A stretch of DNA of 64,000 nucleotides from Eutreptiella sp. 'Long Island Sound 2002' (taxonomy: Eukaryota > Protista > Euglenida). Positions 39,001 to 49,817 of this stretch are shown piece after piece (the stretch's first letter is position 1; each line of letters starts with the position of its first letter). The notes under the pieces were generated by a model, which was not told the DNA's origin, did no database searches, and saw nothing but the letters and a program-made list of their open reading frames with translations. The position numbers and the translations under genes are program-made. The stretch covers positions 9,176,001-9,240,000 of the forward strand of contig OZ038379.1 of NCBI GenBank assembly GCA_964036045.1, given 5' to 3'.

Positions 39001-40757
39001 ATGCCTCTCCAACTCGAGCGGCATCGCCACCTGTGGCCGTGTCGCCTGCCATGGGGTTGGCGGATGACTTGGCCGCCGAGCCGGCAGCCCCACCGCCCGC
39101 AGACGTCCCTCCGATCCCCCGACCCTCGTCCCCGGCTGCTGCCGCAGCGCCGCCGACCGCCTGTCCAGCACCCAGCGATGCGCCCGCGGCGATGGAGGCT
39201 GCTCCTCCCGGGACGGAGGACGCCGCGCGTGCACCGCGCAAGCGCAGTGCGTTCAGGCCGACGTTCCGATTCCCCTTCCTGTCAAAGGGGGCTGCCACTC
39301 CGCCGGCTCTCGATGCCGCATCCCAATTGAACACCCCCGTCCAAGAGGCGCCGCCCCTAATCCCCGCGTCTCCGGCGCTGGAACTGGGGTCCGCCTTGAC
39401 CGAAGGCGCTGCACCCCCACCACCCGCCGCCGACTCACTGCTGCCCGAGCCGTCTACGCCCTCCCTGGCCCCGCTGGATGCCTTTTCCCGTCCCCATGCC
39501 TCACCACCGGGGGCATCACCGCTCCACCCCGGCTCCCTGGCATTGCTACTGCCATGCGACGCCACGCCACAAGACCCCGCGGCCCTGCCGCTGGACCCCG
39601 GCCACGCGCTGGTCCCGCACCAGCCGATTGCGGTGAACTCCGAACCGTCCGCCGCCGCGGCAGTGCGCTCCGCCCTCTCCGGCCGGGCCGCGGCCCCCGC
39701 CAACCCGCTGGCCCTGCCAGGCCCCGCGAAGGTCCCTGCTGCGTCGCCGCCCTACGAGGGCGCGCGCGCCCGGGGCCGCCCGGCGCCGGAGCCGCTGAAC
39801 CCGCTGCTCACCGAGCGCTTCCAGCAGATGAGCATCCTGCGGCACCGCGCGCAGGCGATGCGCAGCCTGGGGCTGGAGGATGAGGCGGAGGCCGGGGACG
39901 GCGGCGCCCCGGAGGAGCCCGCCGGCACCGACGAGCCCCTCCAGACGGACTCCCTCTCCTTCGCGCTGGCCACGACCCCGAACCTCCCCGGGACCGCCGC
40001 CGATGCCGTCCTCACCGAGACCCTCCCCAGCGACGCCTTCCGCTTCAGTTTCTTTTCGCAGCGGAGCTCGTCCGCCGCGCGCCGGCGCGGCTCCGGCGCG
40101 TTCGGCGCGTCCCCCTCGGCCGCTCTGGCCGCGGCGTCCCCCCCGGCCCCGCTGCGGCAGGCCCCCGGGGCCAGCCTGGCCGAGGTCGTGCCGCCGCGGC
40201 GCAACTCCGGCGCCGCCGCCGTCTCCCCCGCGGCCGCCGGGCTCGGACTGGCGGCCGTGTCCCCGGGGGCGATGCCGTTTCACCCCCCCGGCCCCGGTCT
40301 GTCCCCGCCGGCGCTGCCGCGGCCCAACTCTGGGCCCTTTCTGGCCGATGTCGTGCCGCCGCGGCCTGTGTCTCCGCGCGCAATTCCGCGGCGCAACTCC
40401 GCGCCCGGCGCGGCGGTGGCGTCGCCCCCGGTGCTGCTGCGGCGCCCCTCGGGGGTCATGGCCGCGTCCCCCCCCGCCCCCCGCCCGGTGCCGCAGTACG
40501 CCCGGCGCACGTCCGGCCCGGCGCCGCAGTCCAGCCGGCGCAACTCCGGTCTGGTCGCCGCGTTGCCGCCCACCGCGAGGCCGGGGCTCGCCACCGCGTC
40601 CCCCCCGGCCGCGCTGCCCACGCTGGAGCGGGGTGGCTCCGGGGTTTCTGCCGCAAGCCCCTCCGCCCCAGTGGACCGACGCCTGTCCTGGCATTGCATT
40701 GCCGGGCTGCCGCCCCTCAATCTGTTCCCCTCTGAGGACCCACCGGACAGTCCGTAG
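36066..40757 (+). CDS. Terminal exon: ~6 TM helices plus long Ala/Pro/Ser-rich tail
   Basis: gcctag|GGC acceptor (phase 0), ORF to TAG 40757. LASDYAVEC...Y and FGFVVAQFKEQFRYWESIVMLR motifs resemble the TRP/PKD2-like C-terminal TM region of protist giant proteins (family from memory). Confidence 0.9.
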   Translation, partial: GIDLDVTSPMKENPDMEFWSPNKTERKTASKTTSFAAAFWSPRKEEKAAQAAAAASASSASDAAPDIEARPPATNKDPEATAAAPEPEREPPLKFEEVRKEQAVAAPAVSLLSSGGPWQVVLAGVSVVLFVLYAVLLHEGVRLQDCARFDLGPPPGAPDDGSASDLRYVLASDYAVECSGGDYRAAQALAVLCLCVYGALGPLAAPVLGRTLWRSREQQAAFGFVVAQFKEQFRYWESIVMLRTLLIVLVVALAPGPQTQAGACAGVLGAFLALHAACRPSRSRLVDALEGVALLALVLCLVIAAMWHHLAAAAAAAASAAALAPPPALEVAIPVLLSGPALAFAAAVLLPLLRPLVCCGAVRRGSAAEPEYVKDRDPDAEIFRKAVPIVPGADAPRPAEAKSKAHFRGARPPAVCTAPAQARLGLGTPASGRSARLRTGSPRSNTGTPRGLTAQFNTSGRHQLHPPDVWLTSPTSGLRGSAGASLGGSLGASLGGSLWHPDAAEAPRSPYSAGAAALPGQPGRPGAGAHAAASGSPGPGSLLKQIFQDVILSDREAAEHHPAEHAVRGRPGSRGLVSLADLGPVPPPPRVPSAVRFGPTETVGTNTDTSTSCSSPVWLQESAPDLSPVRISPVWRSPLGSSFAGAASPAREASPSPPSWEAAVAPKEEEEEERREQAPAAPEAPEGAAAAPEGPAAAPPDEDAAPDDAAGAPEDHAAAAPPDAAAAPEEVEDAALATEQMPAAMEDASPTPVMVDASAVSEDASVVTEPPAAAASAVRNTPPPPAASLETVDAAALLSNPPPAPAAASVPVGDAAPVMDNVSSAVEEAAAAMKDASATPGDAASERKEEVSAATEDASLAPGDASPRDACLAPGGSASTLGGASAASGDAALERRDSSVITVGSVVMKDASAVMKDASAVSDAAAPGLWGALAASSGATAAPEGAPAAPRKSDAFLPTFWLPFLSKGDAASPSPPRMDASPTRAASPPVAVSPAMGLADDLAAEPAAPPPADVPPIPRPSSPAAAAAPPTACPAPSDAPAAMEAAPPGTEDAARAPRKRSAFRPTFRFPFLSKGAATPPALDAASQLNTPVQEAPPLIPASPALELGSALTEGAAPPPPAADSLLPEPSTPSLAPLDAFSRPHASPPGASPLHPGSLALLLPCDATPQDPAALPLDPGHALVPHQPIAVNSEPSAAAAVRSALSGRAAAPANPLALPGPAKVPAASPPYEGARARGRPAPEPLNPLLTERFQQMSILRHRAQAMRSLGLEDEAEAGDGGAPEEPAGTDEPLQTDSLSFALATTPNLPGTAADAVLTETLPSDAFRFSFFSQRSSSAARRRGSGAFGASPSAALAAASPPAPLRQAPGASLAEVVPPRRNSGAAAVSPAAAGLGLAAVSPGAMPFHPPGPGLSPPALPRPNSGPFLADVVPPRPVSPRAIPRRNSAPGAAVASPPVLLRRPSGVMAASPPAPRPVPQYARRTSGPAPQSSRRNSGLVAALPPTARPGLATASPPAALPTLERGGSGVSAASPSAPVDRRLSWHCIAGLPPLNLFPSEDPPDSP

Positions 40758-42950
40758 CCCACGGACAGGCCTGCACTTGAAGCGACTGCCAGTCGCGCCC
40801 GAGCGGGCCCCTCCGGACTCCGACCGCGACTCCAACGGTTTTGCAACCGTCCGCTCCCGCCTCCCAACCGTTTTGCCAACCGTCGCCAACCGGTTGCACA
40901 AGCCTTCGCTGTACTCCCCCGTGGCCTGCCTCCCCTGCGAGTTCGGGTGCGGTCGCTGGTCTGCATCCCGCGGTGCTGCTGAGCGGTGCAAAATGATCCA
41001 CACGTGACCCATCACGACCAGGAACGGCACAAGAAATATGGGTGCACAAGAGCCCCAAACTGCCGCCCCGTTGCGGACTACCGCCCTCCCAGACACGCCC
41101 CTGGGGCGGACTGCGTCGATGCAAACCCCACACGGTCCCGTTCCTCGGTTTCGAAAGTCTGAGAGTATGGGCCCCTGAGCAACTGCCAGATCCGAATGTG
41201 CGCATCTACTTTTTGTAACCGTCAGCTCCTACTCTCCAACCGCTTTGCCAACCGTCGCCAATCGGCTGTGCAAGCGTCCGCCGTACTACCCCGTGACCTG
41301 CCCCCCTCCCCCCCTTTCACAGCGCCCCGTGCAGCCCCTTTTGTCATCGAGGCCGACGGACCCCTTGTGCTCACATGAAGGTGCTGTGGACACCCGCACT
41401 GCACGGCTGTGTGAACCCACGCACCGAGGCACGGCACGTACAAATGCTGCCGCGCCATGGTACCGACGCATCGTGGACCCAGGCACTTTGTCGCTCGGGG
41501 TCCCACAGTGCGTCATAGCTCTGCCCCCCTCCCCCACTCCCCAAAGGCTCCACCTACACTTTCGCTTCGCTCACCTCAATCAGTTCCAATCCCCCCCCCC
41601 CCCTTCCTGCACACCAACCGGCATACCCACTCAGCATACACTCCTCCCTCTTCCTCCGCTCAGGCAGTGGTGTCACTGCTCAGCCCACACGCCCCGGGGC
41701 GCACCGACGCGATGGGCCGCACCTCCAGTGCCGCAAAGGCCTCGCTTGCGATGTTGCCGCCCATCGATTAGAAGCAGCAAATGCTGGTCCCCCATGCCAA
41801 ACCAGTTCCCTCATGGGGCTCTGGACGCGATTCGTTATTGGGGCCTCCTGGGGTCTGGAGGCAAGTCTCAGTGGGGGAATGGGGGTTCCCGGGCCGTGTA
41901 GACTCAGACGGATCGATCCGTCAGGCAACAAGTGGACGTTATGTCGTGACAGGGAGACTTAGTGGGCTCGACCCTCGACCCTGGGACCCTCAACCCTGAG
42001 ACAACGGTCCCAGGGTCTTAAAAGCGACCCCCCCCTCTCTGCAAGCCCCTTGCTGACGTCTCGGCAGGGCAGGGCAGGCAGTGCACGGCCTCCGCTGTTG
42101 TGGGTACGGGGTTGCCCGGTGCACATTGGAACTGATCTACCCCACTACACGGGCGGCCCGCCGGGCCTGGTCCGTGCACGCGAACCCCCTTGCCCTCTTC
42201 CCTTTTTGAAGGTTAGTTGCCCAGGAAACCCACAAGCGGAGGCCGCCGAAGGCGCCGGAAACAAGTTTTCTTGGGGGCTCTGGGGGTTTTGTTTTACCTG
42301 AGCACATTGCTCTCAAAATGACCAGCACGACGCGGCGATCATTTTGAGGTGTTGTGCGTTGTGACCCACTTTCGCCCGTTGGTTGGCGGGTGGGCCGCTG
42401 TGGAGTTGCTTCAGACCGCTTCCCGTGCCACACCACCGCCGAGCTCCTTGCCATGTCTGCGGTGTCTGCGGTGCTACGTCATCTCTCCAGGATCATGATC
42501 ACGTCATCACCAACCGGATGGTCCGAGCCTGCAAGCCAAACCGCAAAACGGGGGTACGCCCAAACGTCAACGCAGAAGATGCCCCCCCCCCCACCCCACA
42601 CCACTACACATGCTCACTACTTTGGATATTGAGTCTTCTCTTTGTAGCCCCCCCCCCCCCCCCGGCATCCTCGCCCGGTTTGCGGTTTTGTGAATTGGAA
42701 ACTACGTTGCTCCAAAAAGTTTGTACCCGCCCTTCGGCCCACATGGACCAATTTCATTTCTAAATGGATTTCTTTGCCGAAGAGCTCGCTCACGGGACCA
42801 GTCCTTCCGCTCAGTCCAGCAGACTTGAAGGCCTTCTATGGCGTGCTAGTCACTTTTCGGGACTGCAGGAAGTTGGTCCACCCACCTCTGAGTCCCACCC
42901 CCCCCAACACCACCATCTAATGGCTGCGTGCAGGCAAGCCAGGAATTGAG

Positions 42951-43330
42951 TTGGCTGTGAAGGTGGAAGAACAACTCTCTGAGTATGTTGACCAGGGATT
43001 TGAGCCCGTTTGGACAGACGGCTCTGCACAGCTTTACGAATGGACTAATGTCATGGTCAGTGGTTTCGGCATCTTTTCCGGGTCTGGGGTCAACGCCGCC
43101 CTCCCTTTGTATACCCAACTGCACCAGTTGTGCAATATTGCAACTTGGTACGGGCATTAGAAATCTTTGGTTATGGTGTAATTTTAATTTGTACCGACTG
43201 TACCCCTTTGGGAAAAACTTGTGGATGAGTAGGATAAACCAGGACAGACAGTCTGCTTGTTGAAGGTCTCCTCTCATGTAAATTTGTACGGGAACATTTA
43301 AGCAGATTCTCTTGCAGATGTTGGACACTT
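42951..43330 (+). pseudogene. Degenerate RNase H domain (non-LTR retroelement-type remnant)
   Basis: VWTDGSA...GFGIF, then after a frameshift ALEIFGYGVILICTDC...LLKVSSHVNLYGNI*ADSLA; two in-frame stops. Confidence 0.75.
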
Positions 43331-44957
43331 GCGCAGTACGTTGAACCCCAAAACTCCACACAAAATGCCAGTCCGTTTCACTTCACCACCGGCCAAATGC
43401 AGACGGGTTCTCCCGGTAGCGGGGCTAGAATTTCACACCCCAATTTGCTTACACGATGCACACAGTGAATTTCAGTTTCTATTACCATTTTCGGCCAGAA
43501 AGTTTTGCACATCCTTCTGTCGTACGGGCTCGTCCCTATGGACAACCCATCGAAGGTAGGTTCTGATCTGCCAGACGCCCTAACAGATGCCGACACCGCC
43601 TCTTGTGCTTCAAATCTTTCTGACAACTCAAATGCTTGGCTTGCCTCGTAGATGAGTTATGATTGGCTGTTTTGGCACCACATACTTTTCGTTTTGATTT
43701 CAGCTTGTCTTGCTTTGGCCGGTTTGAATATTTAACGGCGGATGCCGCTTCCCTAGGCTTGCGCAGCTTGCACAGTGGTGCACTTTGTGCTAGCTTTGGG
43801 CTTGCAGCAACATGCGTATGTTTCGAAGTGAGGTTCGGGACTCAGTATTCCACGTATTCATGTATTGGTATAGGGGTAAGGCGGAAGGAGTGCCAGCCTT
43901 GTGCGCCCCACGTATCATACATTCGTAGTGTGCATACAGTCATTCAATTCTATATGTCGCTAAGAAACAGTGTAGCATAGCACCGGAAGGGGTGGTCTCA
44001 TGTTGAGACCTTACTTACCAGGTTCGGTTTTGTGTCCGCAGCAAGAGGAAGGAAGAGCAGAGGAAGGAAATTAGTCATTAGGGGTGAAGGACTTGGTTGT
44101 GCATCAACAGCGCGAACACGGCCAAACTCATCCCCTCAATCTTCCCGCTTATCATGCACGACGTGTCCGTGTGAGGCCTGGTGTGGCTCGCTCCAAGGGT
44201 CCTTTTTTTCTGACTGCCCCTCCCCCTCAAGCGATTCCCTGCGGTGCCCTGTTGGTTATGGGTAAGAAACAAGTCAAGAGTTGCATTTGCAGGCAGGGGG
44301 GCGAAGCCTTTTGCTTCCCCAACTTCGGGGCAAAAGGGGCCCAGGGCCGGGCGTCCGAGGCCTGACGAGCTTTGTTTCTTTCTTTCTTCTGTGGCTTTGC
44401 ACGTGAGTGTCCGTCGTTACAGACGACCACCAACACCATGTGGCATGTCCAAGCGTCACCAGACGGGGGGTCAATGGCACCTCCCAAAAGGGGGGGGGGG
44501 GCTGGAGCCGGCGGCCGGCGGCTCTATTGACTGGCAGCATCGACAAGTCACGATGAAATCTGGTGGTGAAGGCGCCGAAGATGTTTTTGGGTGGTCAAAA
44601 CTGGTAACCGAGAATTCTAGCAGAATTGGAGCCAACTGATGACGTCTCCGGACCTCATCGTTGCACTGATTCCACAAATGCCGTTTTCGCTCTCTGTGAA
44701 GGTTGCTGACACTGGCGGTGGAGTGGATTCCATGGGGGGAAGGGGCAGAATCCGCACCTGTGAGCAGAGGGACAACACCCACTCTCACCTCCCAACCATA
44801 TGTCTCCCCAGCGTCCAGGGGCAAACAATGAAAAGAATTTCCTCTCCGAAACCCAAACAGTTGTGAACATCCGGAGGTCTCAACGGGTGTACTATTACTA
44901 ACCCTGCATGGCAACCTCCTCACAGATTGGCAACCATCATGTCCCCATGCCCATCTC

Positions 44958-45070
44958 TAGGGGGCTTTTTGGCAGTGCAAAGTGTCTCCATGTCCATATA
45001 TAGGGGGCTTTTTGGCAGTGCAAAGTGTCCCCGTGCCCAAATATAGGGGCCTTTTTGGCAGTGCAAAGGC
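44958..45070. repeat. 43-bp tandem repeat, ~2.6 units
   Basis: tagggggctttttggcagtgcaaagtgt repeated. Confidence 0.85.
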
Positions 45071-46021
45071 ACACACCCAGAAGCACACCCCCCCCCCCCT
45101 ACTGAGGCCTTGTGCCAACCCCCCCCCCTCCTACTAAGCTCCCCTTGTCTACTGCCTTGTTCAAGGGAACTGGGGTGTTGTTGAGTAACACGTCCCGTTC
45201 CGCTCTCACCCCCCACCCCTTATCCCTTCCCTCAATCACCCCCACGAATGACCTGAATGACCAAAGCGGATCACAAAGGCCATGGCACTGGGCACCGTTT
45301 GTACTCCACGGTCTGGCAGACTTGCCTCTGTCCTCGGTCGGACCGTGGGTTGCTGGTTGTTGGCCAGTGGTGGGGGGTTACCATCAGCGACAATTATCAA
45401 AATTGAAGATTAATATCAGGCGCCGTTGGTGTTGGTTGTGCTGACCCCGCTTCCCCTCCTCCAATGCCATTCCCAGACCACTGCTCACCTGCGCATGTCC
45501 AACCCACGCCCAGCACTCACCCGCAATTCCAGCAACCCAACACTGCGCCCTTCTCCGAGGGAACAGAGGGAACAATCGGCGGATCTCTCTCGATATCGAA
45601 GGGCACACCATGCCATGCCGCACCAGCAGCCGCACGCAGGAATCCCCTGCGCTGTCTGCCGCCCAGACGGCCCGTCCTGGCCATTCGGTGGGCCCCGTGA
45701 ACCACACCGCATCCTCTCTCAATTACCCCCCCCCTTGTCTAGGCAACACCTGAGTGCAAGCAACACCGGGTGTTGGTTCTGTCAATTTTTGCGCCATAGA
45801 TTTTGGCGGTGCCTTTTTGATTGGCGCAAGTGTGTTGTGTTTCTGGTGTGTGATACCTTGGTACTGAGTTGCACAATGTCCTGGGGAAGCTTATTTGGCT
45901 TATGATGGCAGTTGTCTGGCAGTTGTCGCAGGCTGTGTGCGTGTCCAAGCCATCGGTGTGCTCTTGGGTTGATGATGGTCGGGTCATGCGTTGGCAAGAA
46001 GCAAGCTCTCTTTTCGGCATG

Positions 46022-46059
<38 letters not shown>

Positions 46060-46961
46060 TCACCGAGGGCAGCTTTAGATTTCAGGGGGCAGAAGTGCGT
46101 TAAACCGACGACGACGGGTATCATTTCGCTGCCGGCAACCTACACCAGTCGGCCTTTTGTCGACGGCCATCGGTCAGCTGATGCTCTGTCGAGGTGCAGA
46201 GGTGTTGGAGTCCAGCAGTGTGTATTTTCCCCTTTGTTGCAGCTTGAGACGTAAGTGTAGAGATGAATCTCCAGCTGCAAATCGCACGGTGGTTGGGGGT
46301 CAAGCGGTAGTTAATGGCGGTGTGCCATGGCAGGCTTTTGAGCCGTTTAGGTTGTCTGTGAGCGCCGTCGTCGGTGTCCCAAATGTCATCGGACAGCCGA
46401 TTTTTCTCAAGTTTTTGCGCCATGCATCGTCTTGGTACCTGCTTTGCAGAGCGGGTTGTGACAGAAAGGTACCTGTGGTCCTCAAGGCCACTGACGCTTC
46501 CTGCGCGGGGAACTGATCTTGTGCACACGCACAATAGCCCAGGCTTCCTCCGGGGCTTTTGGCGCGGACAACGCGCGCGCCGGGGGGGGGGGTGGTTGGC
46601 GCCTCGTGGAACGAGGCGCGTGCGATTCTAACGAACCGCTCTCGTTGGCAGGCGTGCAGAAACGTAATGAACAGGGTCGGGCGCACGCATCTGTTATTAT
46701 TTTTTTTGTGGCTGTTTGAGGGAACAAGCCATAGCAGGGCCGTGACTGGAACTGGGGCTGGGAACCGGGGGACCGCGTATGATCTAAGTGACAGGAATGG
46801 GATTGTGCTTCATGAACGTTTCCCCTCCCCAATCAGCTGTATCCGGGTTAGCATGTGTACATCACACTGCCGCCCCGTGAGGTGGCCTATATGGAGAGCG
46901 CGCCTGACTCATAAACTTGGGTGATCGGCCGCAATCATTTTTCCCAGCGGGACCTGTGTGT

Positions 46962-46994
<33 letters not shown>

Positions 46995-49702
46995 CACATC
47001 CAGAGTGGTATCTCGTGGTCCGTGATGTGTGCCTCCTCTAGTGGGGAGTGTCTCTCACACACGAGCACGGTGGATCTTCGTACCAAGGTTGGCCCCCCGA
47101 TGTGCTGCTTTCGGGGGAATTTCCTGTCAACATCAATGCCGGAGCACTGTAGAGTAGACAGTGTGACCCCTGCAGCCTGAGCTGACAGTCATCCACACTG
47201 GTGTGCGGCATTGCTAGGTTTTGGGCGACCACTGAGCTGATCTATGCTGGCATTGTACTGGATCGTGTTGTGTGGACTGTGTGGATTTTTATGAACGTTT
47301 GTGTGGGCGTGTTGCTTGCATAAGAGTTTTATTACGGGGGCAGCCCAGACGGTGCAGTGCTCAGTGCAATGTTAGCGCGTTCTGCACTGCGGAAACAACA
47401 GTCACGTTGTGCTGTGTGGTGTGGGATGTGCGTGTTTCTGTGCGTGTGAGTGAGCTGCGCGCGCGCGTGTGTGTGACTGAGCGAGGTGTGCGTGTTCACG
47501 AGGGGGGGGGGGGGGCTTTCAAGCCAAACTTCCCACACACAATTTCTGTTTCCTGACTTCTGTTGGTCAAAGGATTCATGTTTGTGCATTCCATGGGAGT
47601 CGGCTGCATGTGCCCACGTCGGACATCCGTCGGGAGTATGAGGGACGAATGGGCAAAGGACACGCCTTTCGTGCTGCCCCAGAGGGCCCTTTGTAGCGCA
47701 GGGCGCGTGTAGGCACACATCTGTCTTGAATGGACTCTCTCCACCCGAACAACTGTTCAGCCAAGAGTGTAGCCAACATGCCGCCAAGGTGGCAGCCATG
47801 CCTGCAGCCAAGTCCGTGGCTGGAGAGCCCATTCCAGTGCCCCCGCCCCCCCCCCCTGTTGAGCATGTGTAGCATTTCAAGTACTCGCACCAAAGAAGCA
47901 GCACGCAGTGCCTCTCTCTCAGTAGACGTGAAGACACATCCCAACCAACAATTTCCTGGTCGTTTTGTGGATCATACGCCCTCATGTTTGCATTTCTTGT
48001 TTTGTGTACCACGTCCCTTGTGTTTTCCCCAGAGGGGCGGGGATACCGTCACTTTGGGTGTGTTCCCCCGTGTGGGGATACCATCACATGCAGGCGGGTA
48101 TTTCTCAAGGGGTGGGGGGTGCAGCATGATTGCCTGCCAGTTGGCGCTCCATTGGTCCCGGCTCCCAACCCACCATTTCGGATTTCTCCTCTGTGGCGCA
48201 GAGGTGGTGTGCAGCAGACCATGCGCCTTGAGAGGGCCATGTTCTGTTGCACACGCCAACCTTTGTGCCCAGCCCCGCGAATGTTCTCGGTTCAAGGTCC
48301 CATGTCTCATTTTTTTCACAGGGGCCCCGTAGTATTGGTATGTGTGTCTACCTGCTTACCTTACCTCACCTTACAACACCCTTGTCAGAACAGCAGGAGG
48401 CGATGTTTTTCGCCTGTTTTAGTGCTTTTACAGCTGCTCTCGCGAGGGGATATGGATGTGCGTGTGGGTGTGGGTACTTGTGTGTGGGTGTGTGGGTGTG
48501 TGGGTGTGTTTTCAATGCGAGGGATGGCTGGCTGAGTCTGGCTGGATATGGCAATGGATAACCCTGGTTACAAGCAGGCAGCGAACCGACGAGGACTGCT
48601 GCTGTTTGTTGGATCGTCCTGGTCCTGGTTTTGTTCGAGGGAAGTGAGGGGAAGGGATGGACCCTACCCACACCCAACACCGTAGCAGGTAGATTTTGTT
48701 GTTTACACTCGTCAGGTGCTGTGCCAAGGGACTACCCCGTGATTGCACGCTGGAGCAGAAACACGCCTAGTGCGGCGTCCAAACATGCTGTTGTTTGGAC
48801 TCTACACCTGATGCGATCAAGTACACTCAGGCTGCTTTCCACTCGTGCTTGTTTGTTACGCATTTCACATGTGCGTGCGTGCGTGCGTCCGTGCGTGCGT
48901 GCGTGTGTGTGTGTGTGTGTTTTTGCGGTTCTCATTGTGTGTGTGTGTGTGTACAAGTGTACACTCACTGTTTGTACGGTACTACAAGCGCGCACGCGTG
49001 TGTGTGTCAAATGGGTGGCGCGGCTACTTTCTACGTTCCCATGCACGGGTGTTGCCATGTGTCCTTAGCGGCGAAATGGATTCAGAAACACCGCTACCGC
49101 AGGGTGGGTTCGCGTTCTACCTGCGAACTCTCTGGGTGTTTTTCGCCAACAGAATTACAGGTGCTTGGTACAAAGACGTTGACACCCTACGCAACTTCCA
49201 CTCCCTCTCCAGCACACTGCTCCTGCTGGTTCCTTGATATCACCTGCTGCCCCTCCTACTCCCCCTCCTCTACATGACTGCCTTCATGGCATTGCGTGTG
49301 TAGCCCCCTGGTATGGGCGGTTTTTTTTTTATTTCAGTTGCATGTTCTGTAACTGTGGGGCTTGCATTTCAGCTTTTGGCTACTGCCTGTAGTGGGGTTT
49401 GTCCCACATGCAGGAACCTTCGGGTCCACGGCCATTCACCTTTTTTCCTTCCCTTCCGCGGCCTCCCCAAATTGTTTTTGCAGCAAAGGATTTCTATCCG
49501 CTGAGATTGGAGCCGCTGTCCCTTCCCGTCCGTTTCGTGTGTGTGACCGCACCCAGGGTTCAGGTTTGCTGCACACCTCTTGTGTTTTGTCGCACAGAAA
49601 GGCGCCGAGCTTCATGGTTTTTCCTCAACGCCCCATGTAATTGGCCTGACAAGAAGTTCGCTTGCCCCGTTCAGGGTCGGTGTGTGTTGGCGAGCGTTAT
49701 CA

Positions 49703-49817
<115 letters not shown>

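Larger units (their letters stand above)
1496..40757 (+). other. Giant multi-exon gene (5'-incomplete): TSP1/mucin/IPT-TIG multipass membrane protein, about 4,650 codons in window
   Basis: 20 candidate GT-AG exons whose phases chain without a frame break: 15 phase 1-1 exons, then 1-0, 0-0, 0-1, 1-0, 0-stop. Summed length 13,964 nt. Joining into one gene is inferred from phase compatibility only. Confidence 0.7.

Noticed and set aside
28008-40966. Long alternative-frame and antisense ORFs over the GC-rich exons (e.g. 30329..32479, 37477..39234)
   Set aside because: Expected at extreme GC; Arg/Gly/Pro-rich with no motifs, while the sense frame has clear domains.
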